Positions 36,310-46,093 of a stretch of 64,000 nucleotides of DNA are shown here, one piece after another. This DNA comes from a bacterium. GTDB taxonomy: Bacteria > Verrucomicrobiota > Kiritimatiellia > CAIKKV01 > CAITUY01. Each line of letters opens with the position of its first letter. The stretch's first letter is position 1. The stretch covers positions 518 through 64,517 of the forward strand of contig JBAXPK010000007.1 of NCBI GenBank assembly GCA_037132275.1, given 5' to 3'. A program made the position numbers and the translations under genes. The notes under the pieces are model-generated. The model was not told the origin of the DNA and searched no databases. It saw only the letters and a program-made list of their open reading frames with translations.

Positions 36310-38373
36310 GTGACGTCGTATAATGATCTTATAAAAAGTTCGCTCCGTTTGTTGATCTATCACCGGCAGCGGATCTGGTGGATTACCACCCGTATCCTTG
36401 TGGTGACCGTTGTGATTACCGCCTTCTGCCTGGCGTTTCGCCCCCGGTATGTGGCCCGAACCACGATTACCATCCTTCCAACACGCAGTGAGATCGGGTA
36501 TGCGAGTCAGAGCGGTAACTGGGCCTCCAGCCCCGCGACCTTGCTCGGCAAAACTTATGAGGAAACCCTGTCCAGCCTGACCCTCGCGCAGGATGTGGCG
36601 CGCACGTTGCTGGAGCGGGATCGGGCGGAATATAACAACGGCGGTCCGTTGGGCCATATGCGCCGTCAACTGATCGGACCGGCCTTTGGTTTCTTCAACA
36701 AGGTGCTGGCGTTGCTGAATACCGGACGATGGGAGACCCAGGATCCCGCAGTAGCATTGGGCCAAGCCATCCAGTATCGCACCGACGTCAAGAATTTGCA
36801 GGGCTCGTATGTCTATGAGATTGCCGTCACCTGGGAGAATCCCAAGATCGCGGCGACCATGGCGAACCTGATCGCGGAACGCAACGTGGCCTTGACCTTG
36901 AAAGCCAACCAGGAAGAGATGCGAACCACCCGCGAGTTCATTGAGAAGCGGATTGTCGAGACCAAGAGCGAACTGACGGACGTGGATAAGAAGATCAGGG
37001 ATTACCGCGTCAGTGAGAAGCTCTACGCCGCCTCAACGGACTTGGATCTTAGCCTCCAGGAACAGTCGCAATACCAACGGGAACTTACGGCCATCCAGGT
37101 TAATCGGGCTCAATTGGACACCAAGATCGATGCGCTCAAGGCCTACCAGACACCGGTGGCCATGGTGGCGATCGAGTCGGAACGGGCCGAACTGAAAACG
37201 CGGGAAACCGCAATCCAAAAGGCCATTGATGCGCAAATGGCAAAATTGGACAAGTTGCCTGCCAAGGAGGCCGGGCTGTTGGACTTGTACCGGACCCGGT
37301 TGACCACGGAACGTGCCCTGGCCGCGCTGCAGGATCGGCTGCTTGACACCAAGGTATCGGAAGCGGCGCAACTCAGTACCGCGCGGGTGATTGACAAAGC
37401 CATCATACCCCTCTATCCCGAGGGACCGCTTATGCTCAAGAATATCCTGGCCGCGATCATTGTCGGCCTGCTCTTATCCGCAGGCTTTGTCTTGATGATG
37501 GAGGCGTGGCGTCCCGGGCTGAGAAGCCGCGAAGACCTTGGCGTTGAAAGCGATACCCTGCTTGGACTCGTCCCCTTTGTCACTCCGAATGACCGTGATG
37601 CGATAGGACACGGCGATCCCGACGAGGAGAAACAGGGCGGGGGCCTGCCAGAATTCTTTCGCAGTTTGGTGTATGGGCGCCACGGCACCGTGGAGCACCG
37701 CCGCATCGCCAAGCGGCACCTGGAGCACCTGTTGCTTCGCCTAACGGATGGCTCCGTCGTCCCGCTACCGCGTATTTGCATGTTTGTGAGCCTTAACGGT
37801 GGCGAGGGGAAGACTTACCTCATTGAGCAACTTGCCAAACTCGCCAGGGAGGCGGGGCTTAAAATCCTGCTTATTGACGCAAACTTCGGAGCCCCCGGGT
37901 TATGTCAACTATTTGGCCGTCCGCCTGCAGCCGGGTTGGCGGAGGTGCTGTCCTGTGCCGCCGAGGTTAAGGACGTGGTGGTATCCGTCAGTCCAGGTGT
38001 GGATATGATCGGCGCCGGTCTTATGAGAATTAATTCACAGGCAAAATGGGCGGTGGAGGCCACCCGCGTGGCGATGGCTGGACTGGGGGCGGGTTATGAC
38101 CTCATCCTGGTTGATTCCGGGGCATTGCGCAGTGATCCTTCAGTAACCCGCTTGCTTCCCCTGATGACGGATGTCCTGTGCGTCATGGATGCGAAAACAT
38201 CACGACGTAACGATGCGGTGGAGGTGCGGCAGCGTCTTGATGGCGCCAAAGTCAAAGTCAGGTTCATTTTGAACAAGAAAATATACTCGGGCGATTATCT
38301 CTTCGAGGCCGGAACAAATGGGCACGTAGCGTCGGAAAGTGCGGCCAGACCGCTGGCGCGAAGCCGTGTGTAA
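36310..38373 (+). CDS. Polysaccharide co-polymerase / chain-length determinant with C-terminal P-loop ATPase (Wzc/GumC-like)
   Basis: N-terminal TM, long coiled-coil periplasmic region, second TM. C-terminal domain with VSLNGGEGKTYLIEQLA and LILVDSGAL. Confidence 0.7.
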   Translation: MTSYNDLIKSSLRLLIYHRQRIWWITTRILVVTVVITAFCLAFRPRYVARTTITILPTRSEIGYASQSGNWASSPATLLGKTYEETLSSLTLAQDVARTLLERDRAEYNNGGPLGHMRRQLIGPAFGFFNKVLALLNTGRWETQDPAVALGQAIQYRTDVKNLQGSYVYEIAVTWENPKIAATMANLIAERNVALTLKANQEEMRTTREFIEKRIVETKSELTDVDKKIRDYRVSEKLYAASTDLDLSLQEQSQYQRELTAIQVNRAQLDTKIDALKAYQTPVAMVAIESERAELKTRETAIQKAIDAQMAKLDKLPAKEAGLLDLYRTRLTTERALAALQDRLLDTKVSEAAQLSTARVIDKAIIPLYPEGPLMLKNILAAIIVGLLLSAGFVLMMEAWRPGLRSREDLGVESDTLLGLVPFVTPNDRDAIGHGDPDEEKQGGGLPEFFRSLVYGRHGTVEHRRIAKRHLEHLLLRLTDGSVVPLPRICMFVSLNGGEGKTYLIEQLAKLAREAGLKILLIDANFGAPGLCQLFGRPPAAGLAEVLSCAAEVKDVVVSVSPGVDMIGAGLMRINSQAKWAVEATRVAMAGLGAGYDLILVDSGALRSDPSVTRLLPLMTDVLCVMDAKTSRRNDAVEVRQRLDGAKVKVRFILNKKIYSGDYLFEAGTNGHVASESAARPLARSRV

Positions 38374-38387
38374 GGAGCGTCGCCGGG

Positions 38388-39773
38388 ATGGGGGCGATCT
38401 TTAAAAACGGAGCCACGAGCGCCCGCATGGCGGCTTGGGCATGGTGGGTGTTGTTATGGATCGCCATAACAGGGGTGACCCTGTTTGTGGATACAATGCC
38501 GGGATGGACCCGTTTGTATCTGTTGACGGCGTTCGGGTTGGGAAGCGGTTTGATCCTGGTGCGGTTACGGCCCCGTAAGATCCCTGTCCTGAACTACCAC
38601 AGTGTGTCTGCGGATCCGGAGTGGTTACAGATTGGAGACCGTGTGTCGCTCACGCCGACCGCCTTTGAGCGCCAACTGGCGTATCTGGCACGGCAGGGAT
38701 ACCAGAGTTTGTTTGTCAGCGAGGTGCATACCCTTCTGGCCGGGTGCCATAATCCGGAATCGCAGGTCAAGCATGTGGCGCTGACGTTCGATGATGGCTA
38801 TGCGGATAATTGGATCGCTGCTTTTCCTTTGCTCAGGAAATATGGCATCAAGGCAACGATATTTGTCAGCACCGGTTTTATTGCCGATGCGGATCGGTGT
38901 CGGCCGACCATCGGGGAAGCGATCCCGGATGCCTTGGACTGGAGCGGGTATCTGACGTGGCCCGAATTGCGTGCCATGCAGACCAGCGGCCTGGTAGAGA
39001 TCCAGTCGCACGGCGGTTCGCATTCGCGTGTGTTTTCGGGGCCGGAATTGCAGGGCTTTGTCGGGCCGGGCAAGCCGAATCTGTGGTTGCTTTGGAATAA
39101 CCGCCCTGAAACCCGGAAGGGATGGTGGCGAGAGTTGGAGGATGACCGTTCATTGTGGGGTCATCCGGTATTCCGGCAGGCGCCCGCGCTGGCCCACCGG
39201 GCCTATCATCCTGACCCGGACGCAGTGGCAAGCCTGATGTCATGGGCGGGGGGTGCCGGAAGGGCTGTCTTTGCCGGGTCGGATTGGGAACGCTGCTTGT
39301 TTGAGGAGTGGCGTCGTGAGCGTCATGTGCATGGCGCCCCGGGGAGCCGTGAGGGCCGCGAGGAATATGAGCGGCGCGTTGAGGAAGACCTGGGTGAATC
39401 CAGGAAAATATTGGAGCGGGAACTGGGGGTGATGGTGGATGTGTTGTGCTGGCCGGAAAACTGTTTCTCTGAAGAAGGCGAGCAAATGGCGCGCCGCATG
39501 GGTTATCTGGCCACGGTTTCCAATCGGCACAGGAGCCGGAATGTTGTGGGAGAAGCGCCGGAATCCATTGTACGTGTGTTCATTGGAGGCCGGGCGGCGG
39601 GAGTGAAGTCCCCGTTATTGGACTACGTGGCGTTCATCCTGGAGCTCAAGGTGTTTGAGGGTTGGTACAATTGGTATCCGGTGCTGGCGGTAATGCACTT
39701 AGCCAGGAAGGTTATGTTCACTGCCAGAAGGGTGTGTTCATGTCGCAGGGATTACTTGTCAATTTGGTCCTGA
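38388..39773 (+). CDS. Membrane-anchored polysaccharide deacetylase (NodB homology) family protein
   Basis: N-terminal TMs. VALTFDDGYADNW and a His-containing motif (EIQSHGGSHSRVF). Confidence 0.7.
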   Translation: MGAIFKNGATSARMAAWAWWVLLWIAITGVTLFVDTMPGWTRLYLLTAFGLGSGLILVRLRPRKIPVLNYHSVSADPEWLQIGDRVSLTPTAFERQLAYLARQGYQSLFVSEVHTLLAGCHNPESQVKHVALTFDDGYADNWIAAFPLLRKYGIKATIFVSTGFIADADRCRPTIGEAIPDALDWSGYLTWPELRAMQTSGLVEIQSHGGSHSRVFSGPELQGFVGPGKPNLWLLWNNRPETRKGWWRELEDDRSLWGHPVFRQAPALAHRAYHPDPDAVASLMSWAGGAGRAVFAGSDWERCLFEEWRRERHVHGAPGSREGREEYERRVEEDLGESRKILERELGVMVDVLCWPENCFSEEGEQMARRMGYLATVSNRHRSRNVVGEAPESIVRVFIGGRAAGVKSPLLDYVAFILELKVFEGWYNWYPVLAVMHLARKVMFTARRVCSCRRDYLSIWS

Positions 39774-41155
39774 TGGTCGGGGTGGTGGCGTTCGCGCTGT
39801 TGACCTGCCTTGCGCCGTCCATGGCCGTGGTGGCGGGGATGGCTTCCATCGTGTTTGCCGCTACAGTGCGGTGGCCGGACTATGTCCCCAAGTGGGGCTT
39901 TTATGCCATCGTGGGCCTTGTTCCGTTAAGTGCGATTGGCGGGCATTTGCCTATCCCTGTTGTCAATTCTCTGACAAAACTGATGTTTCTGCTGGCGTTC
40001 GGATGGTTGCTGATAGGCGGCATTCTAGGCAACCGGCGTTTTGTAGTCGGGCCGCAAGGCCTGGCCGCGATGGCATTCGCCGGGACGTCGGTACTGGCCT
40101 ATATATATTGTGAAAAGACGGAGGCTACCTTTCCCGTCCTGATGCGTTTTCTCAATCACGTGCTTCTGTTCCTTCTCGCGGTTAACGTGCTCAAGACGAA
40201 GCGCGATATCGCCATCCTTTTTGGTGTTATCGTGATCACGTGCCTGGTTTCGGCGGTAGGGGGCATCCTGAGTCCGAACCTGTGGAGTCATGAGCATGGC
40301 ACGGCCGGGGAGCGCCTCGCGGGCTGGACGCTCCAGGATGATGCGCCTACGTTTGGGTTCTTCCTGTTGATGGGTATTTTGATCAGTTTCTATTATCTCC
40401 TGGTGACACGGTTGGCCTGGTTGCGGGTCGCACTGCTGCCGGTGATTGGTATTTTGGTTTATGCCATGGTCTCCACTTATGCGCGGAGTACCTTTATCGT
40501 TCTTGTGGCGGCCGTGGGATTCACTCTTTTCAAGTTGAGAAAACGCATACCAGTGGTGTTCGCCCTGCTTTGCCTGTGCGTGATCACCCTGGCTGTGGCA
40601 CCGCTGATTCCCCGCGCCTTCTATTCGCGGATCACGTCGATTGGGCGCCAGTTCGACAGTGAGGGTCGGAGGGATCCCACGGTTCAATGGCGCATTGATA
40701 GCGCCCGCATCGGATTTGATATGTTCATGCAAAGCCCCCTGATGGGGCGGGGCCCTGGAAACTTTCCCGAAGAGTATCTATCCCGGGAGTTCCGATACGA
40801 CCGGGCCTATCGTCCGAAAAGCGTGGTCGGCAACACCTATGTATCGGTGCTTTATCAAGTCGGTTTCCTCGGGTTTGCGATACTAACCTTGCTCATGTTC
40901 ATGGCATGGCGGGATCTGCGGGCCGTGAAAGCGTCTTATACAGTTGAGGGCGCAGGCGTCTGGCCGCCCGCCTTTTTAAACGACGCGGCTATCCTTCTTC
41001 AGATTCTGCTGGTGGCGCTTTTGATGTTTTCCCTTTTCGGGGCCATTGAGAAGGAGAAGTACCTCTGGGCTGTTCTGGCAACAGCCGCCGTGCTGGCCCG
41101 TATAAGACGCGAGGAATTGCCCCCTGCGATTTCTGCGAAGCCGGTGGAAGGGTGA
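39740..41155 (+). CDS. O-antigen ligase / Wzy-like polymerase family membrane protein
   Basis: About 10-12 TM segments with a large loop carrying YARSTFIVLVAAVGF (Wzy_C-like). ATG 39740 is preferred over the track start. Confidence 0.6.
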   Translation: MSQGLLVNLVLMVGVVAFALLTCLAPSMAVVAGMASIVFAATVRWPDYVPKWGFYAIVGLVPLSAIGGHLPIPVVNSLTKLMFLLAFGWLLIGGILGNRRFVVGPQGLAAMAFAGTSVLAYIYCEKTEATFPVLMRFLNHVLLFLLAVNVLKTKRDIAILFGVIVITCLVSAVGGILSPNLWSHEHGTAGERLAGWTLQDDAPTFGFFLLMGILISFYYLLVTRLAWLRVALLPVIGILVYAMVSTYARSTFIVLVAAVGFTLFKLRKRIPVVFALLCLCVITLAVAPLIPRAFYSRITSIGRQFDSEGRRDPTVQWRIDSARIGFDMFMQSPLMGRGPGNFPEEYLSREFRYDRAYRPKSVVGNTYVSVLYQVGFLGFAILTLLMFMAWRDLRAVKASYTVEGAGVWPPAFLNDAAILLQILLVALLMFSLFGAIEKEKYLWAVLATAAVLARIRREELPPAISAKPVEG

Positions 41156-41162
41156 CATTACC

Positions 41163-42395
41163 ATGATGGCCCCCGGGGTGGTTCCGGAAATCACAAGTGA
41201 TGCCCTGCATCGGGATTATCCCGCCCTGACGGTGGTCGAGACCCGCTGCCTGCGGGATGTTGCCTGTGGCATTTATCCCTGTTACTTCCGGCGTCTGTCC
41301 GATCGGCTCAGGGTCGCTTCCTCGGCGGTGGCGCTTATTGCCGATATCGGCGATATCCAAATCAATCCGGCATTTCAGCCGCGTGAATACCTGCTTGGTG
41401 ACAATGCCCGGCAACATTTCATTCATGGAACCGCGCGGTTGCCGCAGGCCCTGAAGGATTCCGCCAAGCGGCGGCTGCCCACCGCGCTACTCCGCCGCCT
41501 GTCGAAGGATCGGTTCTGGTATGAATCATGGGCGACGGTTGATGCCCGGGTGTTCAAGCTCAAGCCCTTCGAGCGCGTTACGCCGGAAGGCTCAGCTGAT
41601 ATGTTCAAGCCGGATTTCTCACTCCGCAACGCGGATGCTCTGGTCGAAGGGGTGGCCTGTCATCTGGAGCGTTTCGTCCGGGACATGGAGGAGCATTATC
41701 CCGAGCATGATCACATCATGATGATCGGCGGCAAGGACAGCCAGCTTCTCGCCCTGATCCCCAAGCGGCGTCCGGAACGGTGGCATGTGTTCAGCGCCGC
41801 CCCGAATAGCAGTCTCGTTTTGCAATGGCTGGCGTGGAATAATGTGGAGGCGGCAGAGGTATTCAGCGACGACGGGCGGAACGTGGAGACGCAGAGCGAA
41901 ACGCAACGCAAGATCGTTTGCAGCGATCTCTACTCGGATCCTCGACACATGCGCTGGCTACCGGCACTGCGCCGCATTGCCAGGAGCTTCACCTCCCGAT
42001 GTTTTTTTTGGTCCGGCTCCGCCGCCGATGCGCTGCACGTCGGACACTCGTTTCATCAGCGCTATGCGTCCCGGGATCCCGTGGAATTCTTCGATATCCA
42101 TCTAAAGCGCGTGCCGTGCCTCGTCGGAAACTACCATCAGGTGGTCAAGAACTTTACGGGCTGCCCGTTGCTTTGCCCTTATCAGACGGATGAAATCTGG
42201 CGCGAGGTTTACTCCCACCATGGCCCTGCGGTCATTCCCGCCGGTGTGGATCTTCGCCCCCGTATCGGCGAACGGCTGGCAGGGCGGCCCATCCGCTGGC
42301 TGGACACCAATCCCGGACCTGAGCCCTACCGGTATGAGCAGCCGTTCAATGCCCGTGAAATCTATTTAAAACGATTGAGGAGTATTCGTTCTTAA
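41163..42395 (+). CDS. Hypothetical cytoplasmic protein with a PP-loop-like motif
   Basis: 410 aa with no TM. HIMMIGGKDSQLLALIP resembles the SGGxDS ATP-pyrophosphatase loop. Otherwise unrecognised. Confidence 0.4.
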   Translation: MMAPGVVPEITSDALHRDYPALTVVETRCLRDVACGIYPCYFRRLSDRLRVASSAVALIADIGDIQINPAFQPREYLLGDNARQHFIHGTARLPQALKDSAKRRLPTALLRRLSKDRFWYESWATVDARVFKLKPFERVTPEGSADMFKPDFSLRNADALVEGVACHLERFVRDMEEHYPEHDHIMMIGGKDSQLLALIPKRRPERWHVFSAAPNSSLVLQWLAWNNVEAAEVFSDDGRNVETQSETQRKIVCSDLYSDPRHMRWLPALRRIARSFTSRCFFWSGSAADALHVGHSFHQRYASRDPVEFFDIHLKRVPCLVGNYHQVVKNFTGCPLLCPYQTDEIWREVYSHHGPAVIPAGVDLRPRIGERLAGRPIRWLDTNPGPEPYRYEQPFNAREIYLKRLRSIRS

Positions 42396-42509
42396 TCGAA
42401 TCCTGACGTTCTGCTTGTTGTCGCCTGACAGGTTGTTGGCAGGCTACAGCATGAAAAAGGTGTGACAGGCCCTGGGGGGATTGTGGCGTTTGGCGGGGGT
42501 ACTCATTCG

Positions 42510-44165
42510 ATGAACCTTAAAGAAATCTGGATGGAAATAGAGGCGGTTCCGCTGTCGTCGTCCATGCATGAGGTCTTTGACCTGTTTCGCCATCACCGGG
42601 ATTGGCCATTTTTACCGGTGGTGGATGAGGGCAGGCGGGTGGTCGGCGTGGTGAGGGAGCACGACATGAAGGGCCATGCCTACGCCCAGTTCGGGCGCGA
42701 TCTTGTCAAGCGGCATTTGTTAGATGAATTCCTTAAGCCTGCTCTGGTTCTGCCCGTGGGTATTACGGAGAAGGAGTTACTGGATGCCTCGGCGCGGAAC
42801 CCCAATCCCGATGGCGTTGTCTTTACTGAAGAGGGACGGTATCGGGCCGTGTTGCTGAACCGGGCCATCCTGTGCCTGTTTGAACAACAGCATCTCGAAA
42901 CCGAGGTGAGGCTGGCCCAGGCCCAGAAAATGGAGGCCATCGGCACCCTGGCGGGCGGAATCGCCCATGACCTGAACAACATCCTCACTCCGATTCTAGG
43001 ATATGCGGAACTCATGAGTCTGATGCAACGGCAGGGCGAGTCCATTGACAAGGATGTGATTGACCAGATTACCGTGAGCGCTACCCGCGCACGGGAAATC
43101 GTAAAACAGATTCTCGCCTTTAGCCGCCACCAGAAGAGCGAACGCTGTCCCGTCAGCCTGAGCCGTTCCATCAAGGAAACGATTAGAATGATCAGTTCCT
43201 CGCTGCCGGCTACGATTGACATCGAGATCCGCCTGAATGTTGAGAATGACATTGTCCTGATGAATCCCGATGAGATGCACCGCGTCATTATGAACCTCTG
43301 TACCAACGCCTACCACGCCATGAGGGAGCGGGGCGGGCGGATGCAGATCACGCTCGACCACCACCAGGGCCCCGTGCTTGGATGGTCCACATATACCGAA
43401 CTGCTTCTGGGCGACTATCTGCGGCTGTCTGTTGCCGACACCGGAGTCGGCATCGAGCCCGATCTTCTTCCCCGCATTTTCGAGCCGTTTTTTACGACCA
43501 AGAAGCAGGGGGAAGGCACCGGCCTGGGATTGCCCATTGTGCATGGCATTGTGTCGCGTTCCAAGGGGTTGATTTCCGTCGAGAGCCGGGTTGGCAAGGG
43601 CTCCACCTTCCATCTCTATTTCCCGGTTGTGGTGGATGACTCGCACGGCGTCGGGCGGCGGTCTCCCGAAATTAACGAAGGCGAACCCAGTGAGTTGTCC
43701 CCGGTCACCTCGAGAAACCGAGTCCTTTTTGTGGATGATGAATTTGCCGTCACCCGGCTGGCGAGCATGATTCTTCCGAAATACGGTATAGCGGTCGTGA
43801 CAGAGAATGACAGCCGCAAAGCGTTGGCGACCTTTCGGGAGTGTGCCCACGACTTTGATCTGCTGGTGACCGATCAGACCATGCCGGGTCTCACGGGTGT
43901 TGATCTGGCGCGTGAAGCTCTCCTCATCCGGCCCGACCTGCCCGTGATTATGTGCACGGGTTACAGTGAAGCGGTGTCTCCTGAAGAGGCATGCGAGGCG
44001 GGTGTTTGCGAGTATGTGCTCAAACCCCCGGACTTCCAGAAAATGGCCTCATCCATCCGCAGGCAGGTGTGTCTAAGCCAACGGCGTTCAGCCCTGAGCC
44101 AGTTCTCCGCCGGGAGGGGTGTTCCTGCGCCTCTTGCAGGCGTTGGAGGTCTGGATGAGAATTGA
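42510..44165 (+). CDS. Hybrid sensor histidine kinase / response regulator with N-terminal CBS-like domain
   Basis: H-box IAHDLNNILTPILGYAELM. HATPase N/G boxes (NLCTNAYHAM, DTGVGI, GEGTGLGLPIVHGIV). C-terminal REC (VLFVDDE...DLLVTDQTMPGLTG). No TM. Confidence 0.8.
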   Translation: MNLKEIWMEIEAVPLSSSMHEVFDLFRHHRDWPFLPVVDEGRRVVGVVREHDMKGHAYAQFGRDLVKRHLLDEFLKPALVLPVGITEKELLDASARNPNPDGVVFTEEGRYRAVLLNRAILCLFEQQHLETEVRLAQAQKMEAIGTLAGGIAHDLNNILTPILGYAELMSLMQRQGESIDKDVIDQITVSATRAREIVKQILAFSRHQKSERCPVSLSRSIKETIRMISSSLPATIDIEIRLNVENDIVLMNPDEMHRVIMNLCTNAYHAMRERGGRMQITLDHHQGPVLGWSTYTELLLGDYLRLSVADTGVGIEPDLLPRIFEPFFTTKKQGEGTGLGLPIVHGIVSRSKGLISVESRVGKGSTFHLYFPVVVDDSHGVGRRSPEINEGEPSELSPVTSRNRVLFVDDEFAVTRLASMILPKYGIAVVTENDSRKALATFRECAHDFDLLVTDQTMPGLTGVDLAREALLIRPDLPVIMCTGYSEAVSPEEACEAGVCEYVLKPPDFQKMASSIRRQVCLSQRRSALSQFSAGRGVPAPLAGVGGLDEN

Positions 44166-44964
44166 GGACAAGAAGCGTCCCTTGCTGGAAAGAGTCGTTC
44201 ACCGTCTTTACCGGTGGCTAATCGTGGCGCATATTCAGGACCCTGTGGTGAAGCAGAGACTGAAAATGTTGTGGTACGCACCGGGGTATTGGCCACTGTT
44301 ACTGCTATGGTCCTTACCATTCCGTACCCGGTTGATGTTGCTGGTTCGGTTTTTGCGGATCGACTGGTGCGTGTTGCATGGGCACACTCCCTTCCAGTGC
44401 GCCGCCGTATGCCGGGCCTTGGCGGAACGGCCAGCTATTCCGGGCGAGGCGATGGTTGAGGCTGGTTGCTGGCAGGGAGGCAGTTCCGCGAAATGGAGTA
44501 TCCTCTGCAAGACGCTCGGATACACTCTTGCCGTCTATGATTCATTCGAGGGGGTGGAGGGCTCGAGGCCGCCTGAGGGCGAATATGATTTCTCAGGAGA
44601 GTATGCCGCAGACGAACACGTTTTCTGTGCAAACATTAGGAAATACGGAGAAGCCGAGGTGTGTCGAACCTACCGGGGCTGGTTCTCCGACACGATGGCG
44701 CCGGACAAAATTTCCTTCAAGGTGCGCACCGCCTATATTGACTGCGACACAGCCAAAGGGACGAAGGAGGCACTAGCCGGACTCGCTCCGGTTTTGACAG
44801 GGCGGGCCTCTGTTTTTTCACAGGACTGCCATATCCCTTCGGTGTTGCGACTGCTCGTTGACCCCGCCACCTGGAGGGATTTGGGTTTGGCGGTGCCGAT
44901 CATGACAAGGATTGATCGACGCCTGGTGCGTTTTGAAGTTGAAACGGGAATGCAGCCTTTGTGA
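44155..44964 (+). CDS. TylF/MycF-type class I SAM-dependent O-methyltransferase
   Basis: GEAMVEAGCWQGGSSAKW, AVYDSFEG and AYIDCD match the macrocin-O-methyltransferase family pattern. Start is uncertain (44119 or 44155). Confidence 0.55.
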   Translation: MRIEDKKRPLLERVVHRLYRWLIVAHIQDPVVKQRLKMLWYAPGYWPLLLLWSLPFRTRLMLLVRFLRIDWCVLHGHTPFQCAAVCRALAERPAIPGEAMVEAGCWQGGSSAKWSILCKTLGYTLAVYDSFEGVEGSRPPEGEYDFSGEYAADEHVFCANIRKYGEAEVCRTYRGWFSDTMAPDKISFKVRTAYIDCDTAKGTKEALAGLAPVLTGRASVFSQDCHIPSVLRLLVDPATWRDLGLAVPIMTRIDRRLVRFEVETGMQPL

Positions 44965-44968
44965 CATC

Positions 44969-46093
44969 ATGACCCGTCCACGCATTCTTCACCTGATCCA
45001 CCACCTGCGCATTGGCGGGGCCGAGACTCTGCTTGTGGAATTGCTGCCGCGTCTGGAGGAAGCAGGATTCGATGTTCACGTTGCCTGCCTTGACGACCGG
45101 GGGCCTCTTTTTGAGGAACTGCAACGGCGGAGCATTCAGGCTCATTTCATCGGGCGAAAGCGCGGGCTCGACCCCGTTGCGGTCTGGCGGCTTGTGCGGC
45201 TGCTTCGAAACCTGCGCATCGACATTCTCAACACCCATTCGTTCTCCGCCGGGCTGTGGGGGCGGATCGCCGCTATTTTGGCGCGCACTCCGCATATCGT
45301 AACCACCATTCATACGGTGGCGGGATGGAGCCAGTCCCTGAAACAGCGGATCGGCAACCGGCTGCTCCAGCCGTTCACCGACCGGATTGTCGCGGTCAGC
45401 GAGAGTGTCCGACGCTCCCTCATCAGGCAAGGACTGCCGCGTGATGCGATCCAAGTCATCTATAACGGGATCCGCGTTGAAGGTTTCAGGCGCTCGACTT
45501 CTGTGGCAGTGGATCGGAAACGGCTCGGACTGCATCCGGAAGGTTGCCTGATTGGCATGATTGGCCGGTGCAGTCCTGAAAAGGGCGGATTTGACTGGGT
45601 GCAGATGATGGCGCACCTTGCCCGCAGGGATGCCAGGGTGCATGGGGTGCTGGTCGGAAACGGTCCCGAGCAGGCTTCCTGGCAAGCGTTGGCAACGGCA
45701 TTGGGAGTTGCGGATCGAATACGGTTTGTCGGGATCAAAACCGATATAGCTCCGTGGTTGGCGATTATGGATGTGCTGGTCTGCCCCTCAATCCAGGAAT
45801 CCTTCGGGATTGCCGCCCTTGAGGCGCAAGCGGCGGGCGTTCCGGTGGTGGCTACCCGCGTGGATGGTTTTTTGGAGGCGTTGCACGACGGCGAAGATGC
45901 CTTGCTGGTGGATCCGGGGAATGCCGCCGGCATGGCGGAAGCGGTTCAAAGTATGCTGGCATCAAATGACATGGCCAGTAAACTGACTGATGGTGGCCGG
46001 AAGAATGTCGCCAGGTTCGGCATTGATAAAACCGTACAACAATATGCCGCGCTTTATAAGAAACTTCTTGGCGCTCAGAACACGAAGTCATGA
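44969..46093 (+). CDS. Glycosyltransferase family 4 (GT-B, Glycos_transf_1)
   Basis: ILHLIHHLRIGGAETLLVEL at the N-terminus. C-terminal E(x7)E region: PSIQESFGIAALEAQAAGVPVVATRVDG. Confidence 0.8.
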   Translation: MTRPRILHLIHHLRIGGAETLLVELLPRLEEAGFDVHVACLDDRGPLFEELQRRSIQAHFIGRKRGLDPVAVWRLVRLLRNLRIDILNTHSFSAGLWGRIAAILARTPHIVTTIHTVAGWSQSLKQRIGNRLLQPFTDRIVAVSESVRRSLIRQGLPRDAIQVIYNGIRVEGFRRSTSVAVDRKRLGLHPEGCLIGMIGRCSPEKGGFDWVQMMAHLARRDARVHGVLVGNGPEQASWQALATALGVADRIRFVGIKTDIAPWLAIMDVLVCPSIQESFGIAALEAQAAGVPVVATRVDGFLEALHDGEDALLVDPGNAAGMAEAVQSMLASNDMASKLTDGGRKNVARFGIDKTVQQYAALYKKLLGAQNTKS

